Shown piece after piece: positions 51,801-63,669 of a DNA stretch of 64,000 bases. The notes under the pieces are model-generated. The model was not told the DNA's origin. It made no database searches and worked only from the letters and a program-made list of their open reading frames with translations. Every line of letters begins with the position of its first letter. The stretch's first letter is position 1. The position numbers and the translations under genes were made by a program. This DNA is from Callorhinchus milii. Taxonomy: Eukaryota. Where the stretch lies: positions 62,001 to 126,000 of the forward strand of contig NW_024704814.1 in the NCBI RefSeq assembly GCF_018977255.1, given 5' to 3'.

Positions 51801-53772
51801 CATTTAAGTCTGCAGAGATCCTTCCCCGTCGGACACCAACACAAGCCTCCAGGTTCTGTACTTGACTCGAGCTCCTTCTCATTCTCGAAATAGAATCATT
51901 GTTTCTTATTTTCGGTGAGGATCATTTCAATCCAAGCATATTTGTGGGAATGTACCTTAAAGTGTGGTTCTGTAGCTCTGTGGTTAGAGCAATCGCCTTG
52001 CAAGCGAGACACCTTGGTCCTTTTCCAGGCAGGGCGATCCCTTGGGGAAATTCTACACTATACGCCTCATAATAATTTCCCCTAAACAAAACAATACTGT
52101 TTTGCTCATTTTCAAGCACCGACCCGTTTGTAGGACACTGCTTTGTGCAATTGCCAACCGCACTTCGCCCACAAATATACGGTGAATTCACGTTAGACAT
52201 GTCCAGAACGCGTGAAAAACGCTATATCAAATGCAAGAATTATTGTTTATGATTATAACGCTTTCGGAGAGTCGTGCCAGCAAGAGAGTTGGAATGGAGA
52301 TAAGAGTGAGAGGCGTCTTTTTTGATCCTCAACTATCCTTTGTATCCCAAACCCGTGCCATAACCCGCTCTGCCTTCCCCCATTTCCGCAACATTAACCG
52401 GGTCCGTCAGTTTCTCACACCGCAGGCTGCTGGAACCCTCATACATTCTTTTATAACATGCTTTTATAAGATCCAGGCTTCTGTACGCAAACCCACTGCT
52501 TGTCCGCCTGCCCAAGAACTCCCTCTGTCGGCTGCAGATCACCAAGAAACCTGCAGCTAGTGTCATCTCCTCCACCAGGCTCAGTGACCCTATTATCCCC
52601 ATCCCTGTATGCAGTTCAAGATCCTGTTACTCACCTTGAAAGCGCTCCATGTCCTCAATCACGCCTACATGTGCGAACTCCTACCGCCTTTCCAATCTGC
52701 CCGCTCCCTCAGCTCAGCGGACTCCAGCCTCATTCAATTCTCCCACCTCAAAGCTCGACCATTGACGGGCGAGCATTTAGCCACTCTCTAACCAGCCACT
52801 AGGATTACGTTCTGCAGTCCCCCTACGTAATCCTTTCCTTGCTTCATACAAGATAAATCTGAACACTCTTCCCTTTGACCGTGCGGTCGATCACCTTAGT
52901 TGCCTTTGTCCTCCAGGTTCCTTAATTTTTTGTTGGTATAGGAGAGGCGGGAGGGGCGAGTGAAAACGCAGAGAAAGGAGAAAGGGGACAGTGAGGAGAG
53001 AAAGTCATTTCCATCCTTTCCCTCAATAACGTATATGTATTGCTGTATAAATGCAAGATGTCAACATGCAAGTTGTTATTGTTGGATAACGGGACAGTAG
53101 CTACCAGGAAAAACAAAAGCAGTAGGTACACTTCACACAGAAAGGGAGAAGCAATCTGCGCTGTCTGTTAAACATAAATTTCTCAGGTTATGAGTGGTCA
53201 GCAAATCGTTTCTTCCCCAAGCCTCGAAAGAGAAAAGAAACACAAACGGCACTTGCACAGAAAAATAAAAATCAGAAGTTGCTGGGAACACTCAGCATGT
53301 CAGGCAACATCTAAGGAGAAAGGAATGAGAGTCAACATTTCGTTTCCACGACCCTTCGTTTGATCTGCTGCCTCAACTGCTGAATGTTCCCAGCGACTTT
53401 TTGTTTTTGTTGTCTGATATACAGCATCTCCAGTAATTTGTGTTTTTTCTTGCGCAGAAAATGCCGTTCATCCCAACGGTGTGCTTGTCTGTGAAAGTTA
53501 CCTTTGTTCAGTCCTATTGTGCGCTCGCCCCACGATGTCTGTGATGGTGCTCGCTCCCCCGCTGGAGCTCGCTGCAATAATCCCAATCCCTGTCCTCTGT
53601 TTCTCTGTTGTATTTGTGCTGGTGTTCGCTCCCCCTATATTGATCTTTTTGGCGGCGAACTTGAGTGGCTGCCTGGAGTTAAGGAAAGATTCTGTGACGG
53701 GAGATCAGCCCTCTGATTGCGTGAATTATTGTATAAATAATTCCTGCTTTGTTCTTTCTTTTCCTTGTACAG

Positions 53773-53808
53773 TGTTATTTCTGGAGAGAAAGACTGTAGA
53801 ATCGACAG
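53773..53808 (+). CDS. 36-bp phase-1 mini-exon, probable second signal-peptide exon
   Basis: TTCTTTCTTTTCCTTGTACAG|TGTTATTT...TCGACAG|GTTAGT; encodes xLFLERKTVEST. Confidence 0.62.
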
Positions 53809-56482
53809 GTTAGTGACACAATTTGACAACCAAAAGTTGCTGTGGGAACATTGTCACCCTTGCTCTAACCCTACGCCTTGCCCCTTCCTTCTCCATTTCA
53901 GTTAGAGGTTGAAGACCTTCCTAGTCGACCATGCTTCATTCAGACGTATGGTATTCAGTGCAGAGGGAGCGAGTATGCTCTGAAAGATCTGCACTGATAT
54001 ATTCAGTAACGAAGTAGTAAACGATGGTCATATTTTAGGTGGAATCACCTATCGTATATAAAGTAGAAGAATAAATTATATAATATAATGTACAATGATA
54101 AAATACAAAATATTGTAATCTAATATAAATTATTGTAATAATAATAATCCATTAAATAATCAATACATTTCAGGTAAATAATTCATTATCTGACCATTTT
54201 ATAGTTCTCAAGTTTCGGTAAATCACAGTTTGATAAACTCAGAGGTTAGTTTATTTTTATTGAAGCCGGGGAGTTTGAATGGGTGTAGGGTTGCGGTTAA
54301 GTGGGCGTGGGTAGGTGCGGTGGACTGTGATCACGCTAGTGGGTCTGGAATCACTCTTCTCGTTAGGGTGAGGAAAAGCATTGAGGACAGGGAGATGGAG
54401 TAAGCACAGTGGGGTGATCACATGGATGAATACTGCGATAGGGGAATGGTGAGCAAAGGGACGTTGAACACAGGGGTGTTAGCAATAGATATTGTGAGTA
54501 CAAGGGTTTGTGAGCACAGTGTTGCATGAGCAATTGGGGTGAGCACAATGGGAGGAGGGTTCAAGTATATTTCACATTAGATGAAGCCAGAGTGTGAGGA
54601 AATGGGAAGTGACCGCAGTAGGATAAGCACAGGGGTTGAGCACAATGTGTGGAACATATGGGGATGCGCAGGTTCTGAGCAGAAGGGTTGGGGTTGCGGT
54701 GGGTTTGAACAAAAGCTGTTTGAGTCCAGAGGCTTTATCATAATGGGTTCAGCACAGGGTGTGAGAAAGGGGAGTTAGCGTTGTGTGTAAGAAGCACAAT
54801 GGTGGAGCACAGTGTGGTGGTAAGAATAGAGAACAGCGGGTGGCATAATAGAGGTCAACACAGGTGGTGAGTGCAATGGGGGGGGGGTAAGAATTGAGCC
54901 AAGTGTGGGGTGACCAGACGGAATGAGCACAGAAGTCTGAACACAGGGATTGGGGGAGGTATGGGGGGAATGGGTGGCGTGGTCACATGTGCGGACACAT
55001 GGGAAAGCAACGTGGTTTACACAAGTTGGCGCTGAACAGACGGAAATTAGAAAAGTGGGAGATAATCTCATGAACATGAGCACATGGGGCTAAGCACAGG
55101 GGAGGGCATAGGAGTGTAAGCGCAGGGAGTTATAATATTGTTAAATCTGAGGAGGGCTGGGAGTGTGGCGATCACCGAAGGCGTTTCCGATTTTAGGGAG
55201 TTTGGGGTGAGCATGGTGTACAGCGTTTTTCAGCTCTTCTACATGTCTCAAAGCGCTTCACAGAAGAGACTGTAAACTAAAATGACAGTGTAGTTATGAG
55301 CGAAATGCGGCGACAATCTGCTCACAGCAGTGTCCACAAAGAGTCTTGGATTGAAATGGCCATTTTTTTTTGAGGGATTATTATCAGGCAGATGGAATAG
55401 GAAACATCCCCAACGTTTTCCTGCCGGGAATCGAACCCAGATCTCTCGCTTGTTGTAATATTAATATATATATACATATATATATATAAATACGCTAACA
55501 AACCAACAATTCCTGTGTATCTGTGTCTGCAATTAACGGAATAAATGATTGTGTAGAGACACGATTTATACATGATCGGGAAGATCTTTCATATGCCAGT
55601 GCACGCTCCCGAGGATCTCCTATAGTTGATAAGTTATATTCAAAAATAATATTTAGTGAGGCCCCAAAATATGAGTTGTGCATAGTATCCTGCAACAACT
55701 TAGCCAAAGAGCAAAGTAACAGAACAAATCATACATGTATATTCAGTGATACATGTGCACTAATATATTTTGTAACAAACTAGTAAACTATGGCCATGTT
55801 TTGAGGGAATCTCCTATCGATATATAAAAAAAAATTAACCTTATACAACGCATAATAATATCATGTATAATATAACGCATAATAATACAATAAAAATCGC
55901 AGTTTAATATAAATTATAACAATAATAATGATGATCCGTGCATTTGAAATAACAACTTATCGGGTCGCGAAATGCTTCACAGAATATACTGCCATATCAA
56001 TCGTCTGTATATTTTGTGGGCGAAGCTCCGCAGCCATTAGCATACAGTGGTGTTCCACAAAAAGTCATGGATTGAGTGATCAAATTATTATTTTCTTAAG
56101 CGATTATTATCCCCGGAAAAGAGATCCTCCTATTCACTACTGTGCGTCTACTGAATGCTACGTAAGCAGATGCAAGTGGAGTGCGGAAACTTAAATAATA
56201 TCAATTTAACATAACACTATCGTTTCTTTGCAAACGTTGCTGCATCGGGTACAGATAATTGTGCAACGAACTATTCCTCTTATTGTGACACCCGGGTTGT
56301 GGACTTTATGCAACCAGCTGTCAATGCAACAACTATAATGATTAATATTGTTGTTTTCTTTACCTAAATACATCCTCTCCATGTAACATGCGCTCTGTGC
56401 ATATACATTTTATTATGCTTTCCTGAGTGACTGCAAGACAACCAGGAAACTGACTCTTAACATTGTGTGTTGTGGTTTCCGG

Positions 56483-56794
56483 AGGGTGTGAGGCTGGTGA
56501 ATGTTGGCTCCCCGTGTGCCGGGACAGTGGAGGTTAACCACGATGGAAAGTGGGGCACAGTGGGTGGCCGTGGCTGGGATATGAAGGACGCGGCTGTGGT
56601 GTGTAAGGAGTTGGGCTGTGGAGCTGCGCTGTCAGCACCAGGGGAATCTCACTTTGGCGAAGGCTCAGGTCCCATTGTGACCTATGGTGTTCAATGCAGA
56701 GGGAGCGAGTCTGCTCTGAGGGGTTGTAACTCAAAGCGTTGGCTTCACCGTCACTGGATCCCAAATTCCAATAATGCCGGCGTCATCTGCTCAG
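56483..56794 (+). CDS. SRCR group-B-type domain exon (open frame, six Cys; expected acceptor reads GG)
   Basis: EGVRLVNVGSPCAGTVEV...AGVICS, 312 bp, TCAG|GTAAAT donor, upstream TTTCCGG instead of TTTCCAG. Confidence 0.88.
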
Positions 56795-57956
56795 GTAAAT
56801 AATTCACCTGCGCTTTCTCGGGCGGGTGGAGTATTCGGGCTCAGCAAAGGATGGGGCTACCACATGCGGGTGTGAGCAGGGGGAACCAGAGATTTGAGCG
56901 TAATGGCTCAGCAGCGGGGTCGCGGTGATTCTTTGCGGTGGTGTGCGCAAGCGGGGAGAGGTGAGCATGGGGTGAAAGCATGGGGGCGGATAATAGAAGG
57001 TGGGTGAACACAGGGAAAGAGCAGTTGTAGCCTCATCTCGTCATCTAGACGTCTCCAAGTGCTTTAGATTGTTTTGCTGTCCAGTATAGTGATTTGGTGT
57101 TTTTAGGTGAACACGGCTGTCAATTTCCACACAGCAAAGTCCCACAAATAGCCAATGAAGTGAGGGACGTTTACGTTTTCCACTCTCTCTCTTTGAAGCA
57201 CCTTCAGAGCTCATAACCGCATATAATATTGATGGAAGGACTAATTAATGCTGATCAATGTGCGCCGCACGGATTGTGGTCTGATTGATCTCCAGACACA
57301 TTCCCACGGAATAAATGAATCAGCGGAGACAGAGGCCTGAATTTGCTCCCGATCTCAGCCCGTCACACATTTCATTTCCATTTGCAACAACGTTTGAATT
57401 GTGGAAAATGCTCAAAAAAAGCCTTCATTTGGGAAAAAGCCTTCTTCGTAAAAGCCACAAAAAAATGGGTTTGAAGGAACAACAATGGTGTTCTTTCCGA
57501 GAAAAGGATAGATGAGATATCCCGAGCTGTCAAACCCCGATCAATAGTAACTATACTAATTTGAGCACAGCAAAGTTCCCGCAAACAGTCGAGAAGTACA
57601 TGATTAATTTTTTTTTGTTGATTGTCGGCCAAGTCTCCAGAAGAAATTCACTTCTGGTTTTGAATATTTTCAGGATATCCGTAATCTCTACCTGAACAGG
57701 CATCCCGAGCTCGCAATGTCCCCGAGCTCACAGCGACCGAGAACTCACCCTGACAACGAGCTCACACTGACTCTGAGCTCAAAATGACCCCCGATATCAC
57801 ACTGACACTGAAGTCACATTCACCCGCAGCTCACATTGATCCCGAGCTCACAATTACCACGAGCTCTCACTGACCCCTGTTCTCAGTGACCTCTGCTCAC
57901 ATTGACCCCTGCTCCCACTGACCAAGGCTTTAACTGCAGCACATTTGTTTCCCCAG

Positions 57957-58501
57957 ATTCGCTCCAGAAACCCAACATTTCCCTGAAACCAGATTCCCGG
58001 GCATTTTTAAGAGGGGAAAGCCCCGAGATCTCGTGCTCTGGCAATTATCCTGTCAGTAAATTCTCTTTCCAGGCAGGGCGAAACCTTGGACAAGTTTCCT
58101 TACTCCACACAGAGCCTAATAATAATCCATCCAAAACCAAAAACAATAATAAAATTGGTCATTTTCAATATACGACTGTTTGTGGGACATTGCTGTGCGC
58201 AATTGGCTGCCGCGTTCGCCCACAAATTTACAGTCAATTCACTTTACAGTGTCTTCTGTGAAGCGCTTTGGGACGTCCTTCCGACGTGAAAAGCGCTATA
58301 TCAAATGCAAGGATTATTATTATTATTCATACAGAGACAGCGAGTTTATCACAACACAACCAGCTCCAGAGAATAACAACACGGCAACATTCACCACATC
58401 GGAAATCAGGGCAGGAAACTACTGGTGTAAATATACTGAGCACATAGACGGAGAAGAGGTCACATTACCAGAGAGCGAGCGAGTGAGAATCTCTGTGTCA
58501 G
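57957..58501 (+). pseudogene. Ig-like exon 1 (right arm) interrupted by a 260-bp SINE
   Basis: CCCCAG|ATTCG acceptor and G|GTAAG donor; 545-260 = 285 bp; DSLQKPNISLKPDS..EISCSGNY..FS[SINE]YRDSEF..GNYWCKY..SERVRISVS. Confidence 0.9.
58069..58328 (+). mobile_element. 5'-truncated SINE inserted in Ig exon 1
   Basis: The left arm has the empty site TTCTCTTT|ATACAGAGAC. Confidence 0.95.
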
Positions 58502-60264
58502 GTAAGAGCGAGTGTCCAGACTCTCACAATCAAAGGTTACTCACTGACCCCTTGTGGCCGATCACAACGATCACTGCACACCTCCGCCCCAAACTCCCTC
58601 TTGTTATGTCTGCACAGTGATTCGAGTCTCTCCCCTTTCCTCCCTTCATCCGCACCCTCTATTCATCCATGTCTTCTCCCCTCTCTCACTGTTCCTACTC
58701 CCCACACTCCTTATTCATAACTCCCTCCCTCACTCCTTCCAGCACCCTTCCACTCAAACCTCTATTCTTCACTCATTGCCTCTCAAACGCTATTTCCCAC
58801 ACCTTCTATTTCCCATTCCCACATCTCTCACCACCATTTGCTCCCCCAACCGCATTTCCTCCCTTCCTCTGACCCTCTTTATATCTCTCTCCACCCACCA
58901 TTTCACACCAACTGTTCCTGCATCTGTCTCATATACTGGCTCCCACAAGCTCCCTTCCTACAGCACCTCTATTCCATTCTCCCTCCTGTGAAAGTCTGAC
59001 TTCCTCCTGAATGTATCTAGACTGTCTGATTCCACCAACGCTCCAGGAGTAAGTCTCATCTTGTCACTCCCTTGTGTGTCCACGACTGTTTGTTAGACAT
59101 TGCTGAGCGCAAATGGCTGCCGCGATTCGCCCACAAACATACATTCAATTGATTTTACAGTATATTCTGTAAAGCGCTTTGAGACGTCTGGAAGCCCTTG
59201 AAAAACTCTGCATGAAATGCAGTGAAATTGAGTGATCGAGCGAGAATCTCTGTGTTGACTAAGAGCTTGGACTCACGGACCAATGGACACTTATTTATCT
59301 CTAGTGTCCAGTAATTGAGATGACAGCACGCCTCCGCCCCATCCTCACGTTTCTTTATATCATCATACACTTATACAACACAGAAGGATGCCATTCGCCC
59401 TGTTGTGTCGGTTCTGGCTTTTTGAAAATAGCTATCTGATTCAATCGCAAACCCCGCTCACCCGGTAAAGTCCTGGAGAAGTTTTCTCCACAATTTTTTT
59501 TTACTACACGTTTTAATGCACTAGTTTCTCGGCATTGCTCCCTTATTCCCAAAAACTGACTCAATCACTCACTCCCACACACAACTTCCCTCACACTCAT
59601 TGCTTCACACAACCTCGATTGTACGCTCGGTCAAACGCACTGATAGCCTCCCACACCCTGATGCACTTCCTCACCCTCATTGCCTCCAACACATTCTCAT
59701 ACTACCACAAAATCTGTTCCGCCCTTACATCCCCTGACAGTCTCCCAAAGCTTCTATTACCATTTTCCTCATACCATCCAATACCCCACTTCCTTCAAAA
59801 TCCTGTATTCCCTTCTCAATCATGTGACGCTCTCACTACGTCTTGAATGTCTGCAGACTACACAATTCAATCCTCGCTTCAGCAGCCTGTTCCCTCTGTG
59901 AAGTGAATGCTCCTGAATTCTCTTTTTGGTCCTTTGGTCACGATCTTACCCTATTGTACCAAACACGGCTGAAGATCACACGAGCAATTCACACTAAATT
60001 CCCGTTCTCCCGTCCTAGGCTGCAAAGCTTTGTTACCCAGTCCCCGCCCTCACTGCTCTCCCTGGCCGCTCACTCTGCCAGTCGTTTCTCCCCCTCCCTC
60101 TGTTTAAAAAAAACACTTGCTGGAGTCTGTCATGAATCTGCCTGTCAAGCCCTCTCCCTGGTCCTGAGGCCTCCTTCAGACGGAGAAACAAGCAAATGGT
60201 CACTTTTTCTTTGACTTGAACCGAGAATGTCCGTAAGATTATTTTTACTGTGTTTCAATTCCAG

Positions 60265-60571
60265 ATCCTGGAAGTCCTGTAGCTCAGTGGTTAGAGCACT
60301 CGTTTTGCAAGTGAGAGACCTGTGTTCAACTCCAGGCAGGGCGAAACCTTGGGCAAGTTTCCTTACTCCACACGCCTAATAATAATCCCTCCAAAACCAA
60401 AAACAATAATAAGTTGTTCATTTTCAATCTACGACTGTTTGTGGGACATTGCTGTGCTCAATTGGCTGCCGCGTTCGCCCACAAATATACAGTCAATTCA
60501 CTTTACAGTATATTCTGTGAAGCGCTTTGGGAAGTCCTCCCGACGTGAAAAGCGCTATTTCAAATGCAAGG

Positions 60572-60603
<32 letters not shown>

Positions 60604-60886
60604 CCGCTCCAGAAACCCACAATTTCGCTGAAACCAGATTCCCAAGTGTTTGTGATGGGAGAAAGCGCTGAGATCTCGTTTTCTGGGAATTATCCTGGCA
60701 GCAGCTTCTCTTTATACAGAGACGGCGAGTTTATTACATTACGAGTTGCTCCAGAGAGTAACAACACGGCAACATTCATCCCATTGGAGATCAGTGCAGG
60801 AAATCACACCTGGAAATATACTACAAAAATAGAGGGCCGAGAGTTCATATCATCGGTGAGCGAAGAAGCAGGAATCTCGGTGCTGG
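60265..60886 (+). pseudogene. Ig-like exon 2 with a SINE inserted 4 nt into the exon and both Cys lost
   Basis: TTCCAG|ATCC[SINE]ATCCGCTCCAG; 60602-60886 = 285 bp; EISFSG and NHTWKY replace C..C; in-frame TGA in the SINE head. Confidence 0.88.
60269..60601 (+). mobile_element. Full-length tRNA(Ala-like)-headed SINE flanked by an ATCC direct repeat
   Basis: GTCCTGTAGCTCAGTGGTTAGAGCACTCGTTTTGCAAG..GTTCAACTCC head; (TAT)n tail; ATCC at 60265-60268 and 60602-60605. Confidence 0.95.
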
Positions 60887-62059
60887 GTAAGAACTGAGTG
60901 AAATCTTAAACAGTAACCTGTTTGTTTTTTGACCATTTAGAACAGTCCCTGTTATAAGCACGCATTCACCTCTCACAGGCTCTGCCACTTTTCACATCTC
61001 TCTCCCATCTCACCCCTCTTTATTCCCTCTCCCCGTCGCTCACCCATATCGCCCCAGTCTCCACACTCTCTTCCCCCTCTCTAACCCTCTTTCCTAACAT
61101 CAGTCCCAACTCTTTGCATTCTCTTGCGACTCTCTCCCTCCTCTTTTCCCCCACCCCCCTCACACTTTTCCCGATCACGCCCCATTCTCTGCAACCTCAC
61201 TTCCAGCCCTCTCTCTGCATTGGTCTCCCACAATCTCTCTTTCCACCCTCCACTCCCAGCCTACTATTCATTCCTCATCCGCGCTCCCGCATCCACAATT
61301 ACTCACGTTGCTCGATTTCTCTCCTTCCCCCTCCAATCAAACTTCTCGTCCCCCACGCAAACCGCTCCTAATTGTGCAGGTATCTGTCTATTGATATTGC
61401 CACAGGCAGCCTTTCCCGCTTTTGTCCAGATAGGACCACACTACCTGCCACGGTTGTCGTTTGCAAAGATTCACATGAGAAGAGTGCGATGACCTACCTA
61501 TGAGTCCGACTGGCATCTGCTGTCATGAGCCATGCTCTGGAATACAGCGAACTCTCTCCTGACTGAGGAACCAGTGTAGAGACCAATCGCGGTGGTCTTA
61601 ATTCTGACTTTCTGTTGCTGAACACATCCCGCTGTCTCCTGTTCAGCTGCTGTTACTCGCATTCATGTTAAGGTCTAACTTCCACTTGATTGTGTTTAAG
61701 GCACATCTGAAAATAATACGAGAAGTTCAGACTGAATTCATATCCGAGGTTGTGCTACGCTATTCCTTGTCCACATTGCCGTCCCTGGTCACCTCGCTCA
61801 CCCGCCGCGACCACCAACCCACCCACCCTCCCCACCCCACACACACACAAACACACCCCGCCCCGCTTCATCTATATGAAGAAACCCTAAATGGGGTCTG
61901 TCCTGAAACTGCCGTAAACCACTCACCCCCACTGCCTCGTCCTGACATCTCCTATAGCCTAAGAAAAAAAGCAAATGTTAACTTTTACTCTGACTTCATC
62001 CATATCCGTGTCTCCGAATGATTGTTTGTGAGATTACCTTCACTGCATTTTAATTCCGG

Positions 62060-62344
62060 ATCCGCTCCAGAAACCAAACATTTCCCTGAAGCCAGATTCA
62101 CGGGTGTTTGTGAGAGGGGAAAGCGCCGAGATCTCTTTTTCTGGGAATTATCCTGGTAGCAATTTTTCTTTATACAGATATGGCAAATTTGTCAGATCCC
62201 AACCATCTCCAGAAATTAGCAAAACGGCCACATTCAGTCCATCGGACCTCACCGCAGGAAACTATATGTGTAACTATGCTACACACATGCACGGTCGGGA
62301 GTTCACATCACCAGAGAGCGATCGAATAGGTATCTCCGTCTGGG
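62060..62344 (+). pseudogene. Ig-like exon 3 (open, but acceptor AG>GG and first Cys>Phe)
   Basis: TAATTCCGG|ATCCG; 285 bp; DPLQKPNISLKPDSRVFVRGESAEISFSGNY..GNYMCNY..; G|GTAAG donor. Confidence 0.8.
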
Positions 62345-63384
62345 GTAAGAACGAAAGCCTGGACTCCCTCACCAATGATCACTTACTGCCCCAGAGTGTC
62401 TAGACATCGCGATCACAGCACGCATCCGCCCGATCCTCCCTCTTATTTATAGATTCATACAATTATATAGCACAGAAGGAGGAGATCCGGTCCATCATAA
62501 CTGTGTCGGCTCTTTGAAAAGATTTATGCGATTCAGTCTCATTCCTCCGCTTCCCTTCTCTTTCGCTTTGGAAACGTTGCCTTCCAAAATAATTATCTTC
62601 TTTCACTAGCTTTGTGACACGAGCCAGTCCCCATTCCTCCATTCCTCTCCCCAGCTGACCACATCATTCCCTCCCGCAGACAACCTCCCTTACCCTCTCT
62701 CCCTCCCATTACCCCTTTCCACTATCAATCACACATGCTTATACCCTCCCATAACATGATACACTCCCACACACTTATTGTTTCCCAAACGCTCTTTACT
62801 CCCACTGCGACTGTTTCACTATCCCATCCTCTGACTGCCTCCCAAGGCTTCGAATCCCCACTCTCTGATTCCATCCCACAGCAATGCCCACTTCCAAACC
62901 CTGTCGTACACTCTCCCTCACGTGAATGTCTTATTACTTCTTGAAAGTATCTAGACTATATGATTCAATGCTAGATTCGGAAAGCGAGTGCCACCATTTC
63001 ATTTCACTCTGTGTGAAGCTCTTGCTCCTAATTTCCTTCTTGGATCCACTGTTTCTGGTCTTAAATCGTTGTTTTAAAACACGGCTGAAAAGCACACTAG
63101 AGTAAACTGAAATCACGTCGTACCGTCCAAGGCAGCAATTGTGTGTTTCCTCAGTCCCCCGCTCTCCCTAGGAACCCCACTTCCATCCATTGCTCCACCT
63201 CCCTTTGTATAACGAAACACGAACTGGAGTTTGTCTTGTTCCTGCCCCTCAACCGCTCCACCTCGTCCTGACGCCTCCCTCAGACTGAGAAAAATGCAAA
63301 TAGTTACTTTTACTGTGACCTGTACTGTTTTCGTGTCAAAGAGCGAGCCTTTGTGAGGTTATTTTTAATGTGTTTTCATTCCAG

Positions 63385-63669
63385 ATCCGCTTCAGAAACC
63401 CAACATTTCCCTGAAGCCAGATTCTCAGGAGTTTATGAGCGTGGAACGCGCTCAGATATCGTGCTCTGGGAATTACCCTGGTAGCAGGTTCTCATTATAC
63501 AGAGACGGCGAGGTTATCACATCACATACAGCGCCAGAGTATAATTACAGGGCGACATTCACGCCATCAGAGATCAAGGCAGGAAACTACACGTGTATGT
63601 ATACTACATATATAGAGAGACGTCAGTTCACATCGCCAGAGAGCGAGCGATTGGTTATATCTGTGCGCG
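63385..63669 (+). CDS. Ig-like exon 4, intact (C2-type, LRC/FcR-like)
   Basis: TTTTCATTCCAG|ATCCG..CGCG|GTAAG; 285 bp phase 1-1; DPLQKPNISLKPDS..QISCSGNYPGSRFSLYRDG..AGNYTCMY..SPESERLVISVR with both Cys. Confidence 0.9.

Larger units (their letters stand above)
46632..59575. repeat. Right arm of the inverted segmental duplication
   Basis: Reverse-complement copy of 1-12626; starts ~70 bp after the N run at 46532-46561. Confidence 0.97.

Noticed and set aside
53040-53560. Candidate first signal-peptide exon of the SRCR-Ig gene
   Set aside because: No ATG-initiated hydrophobic segment with a convincing phase-1 GT donor was found.
53481-53813. 110-aa hydrophobic ORF (mirror 5460..5792) as a membrane protein
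   Set aside because: No recognisable family; only its last 36 bp have exon signals, and identity between arms reflects the duplication.
60269-60340. tRNA-Ala-like sequences (many copies)
   Set aside because: Always continue into the same body and LINE-like tail with no proper acceptor stem; these are SINE heads, not tRNA genes.
60322-60897. 191-aa SINE-Ig fusion ORF (also 58180..58620)
   Set aside because: Fortuitous frame through an inserted SINE from a non-ATG start; the spliced frame hits a stop in the SINE.
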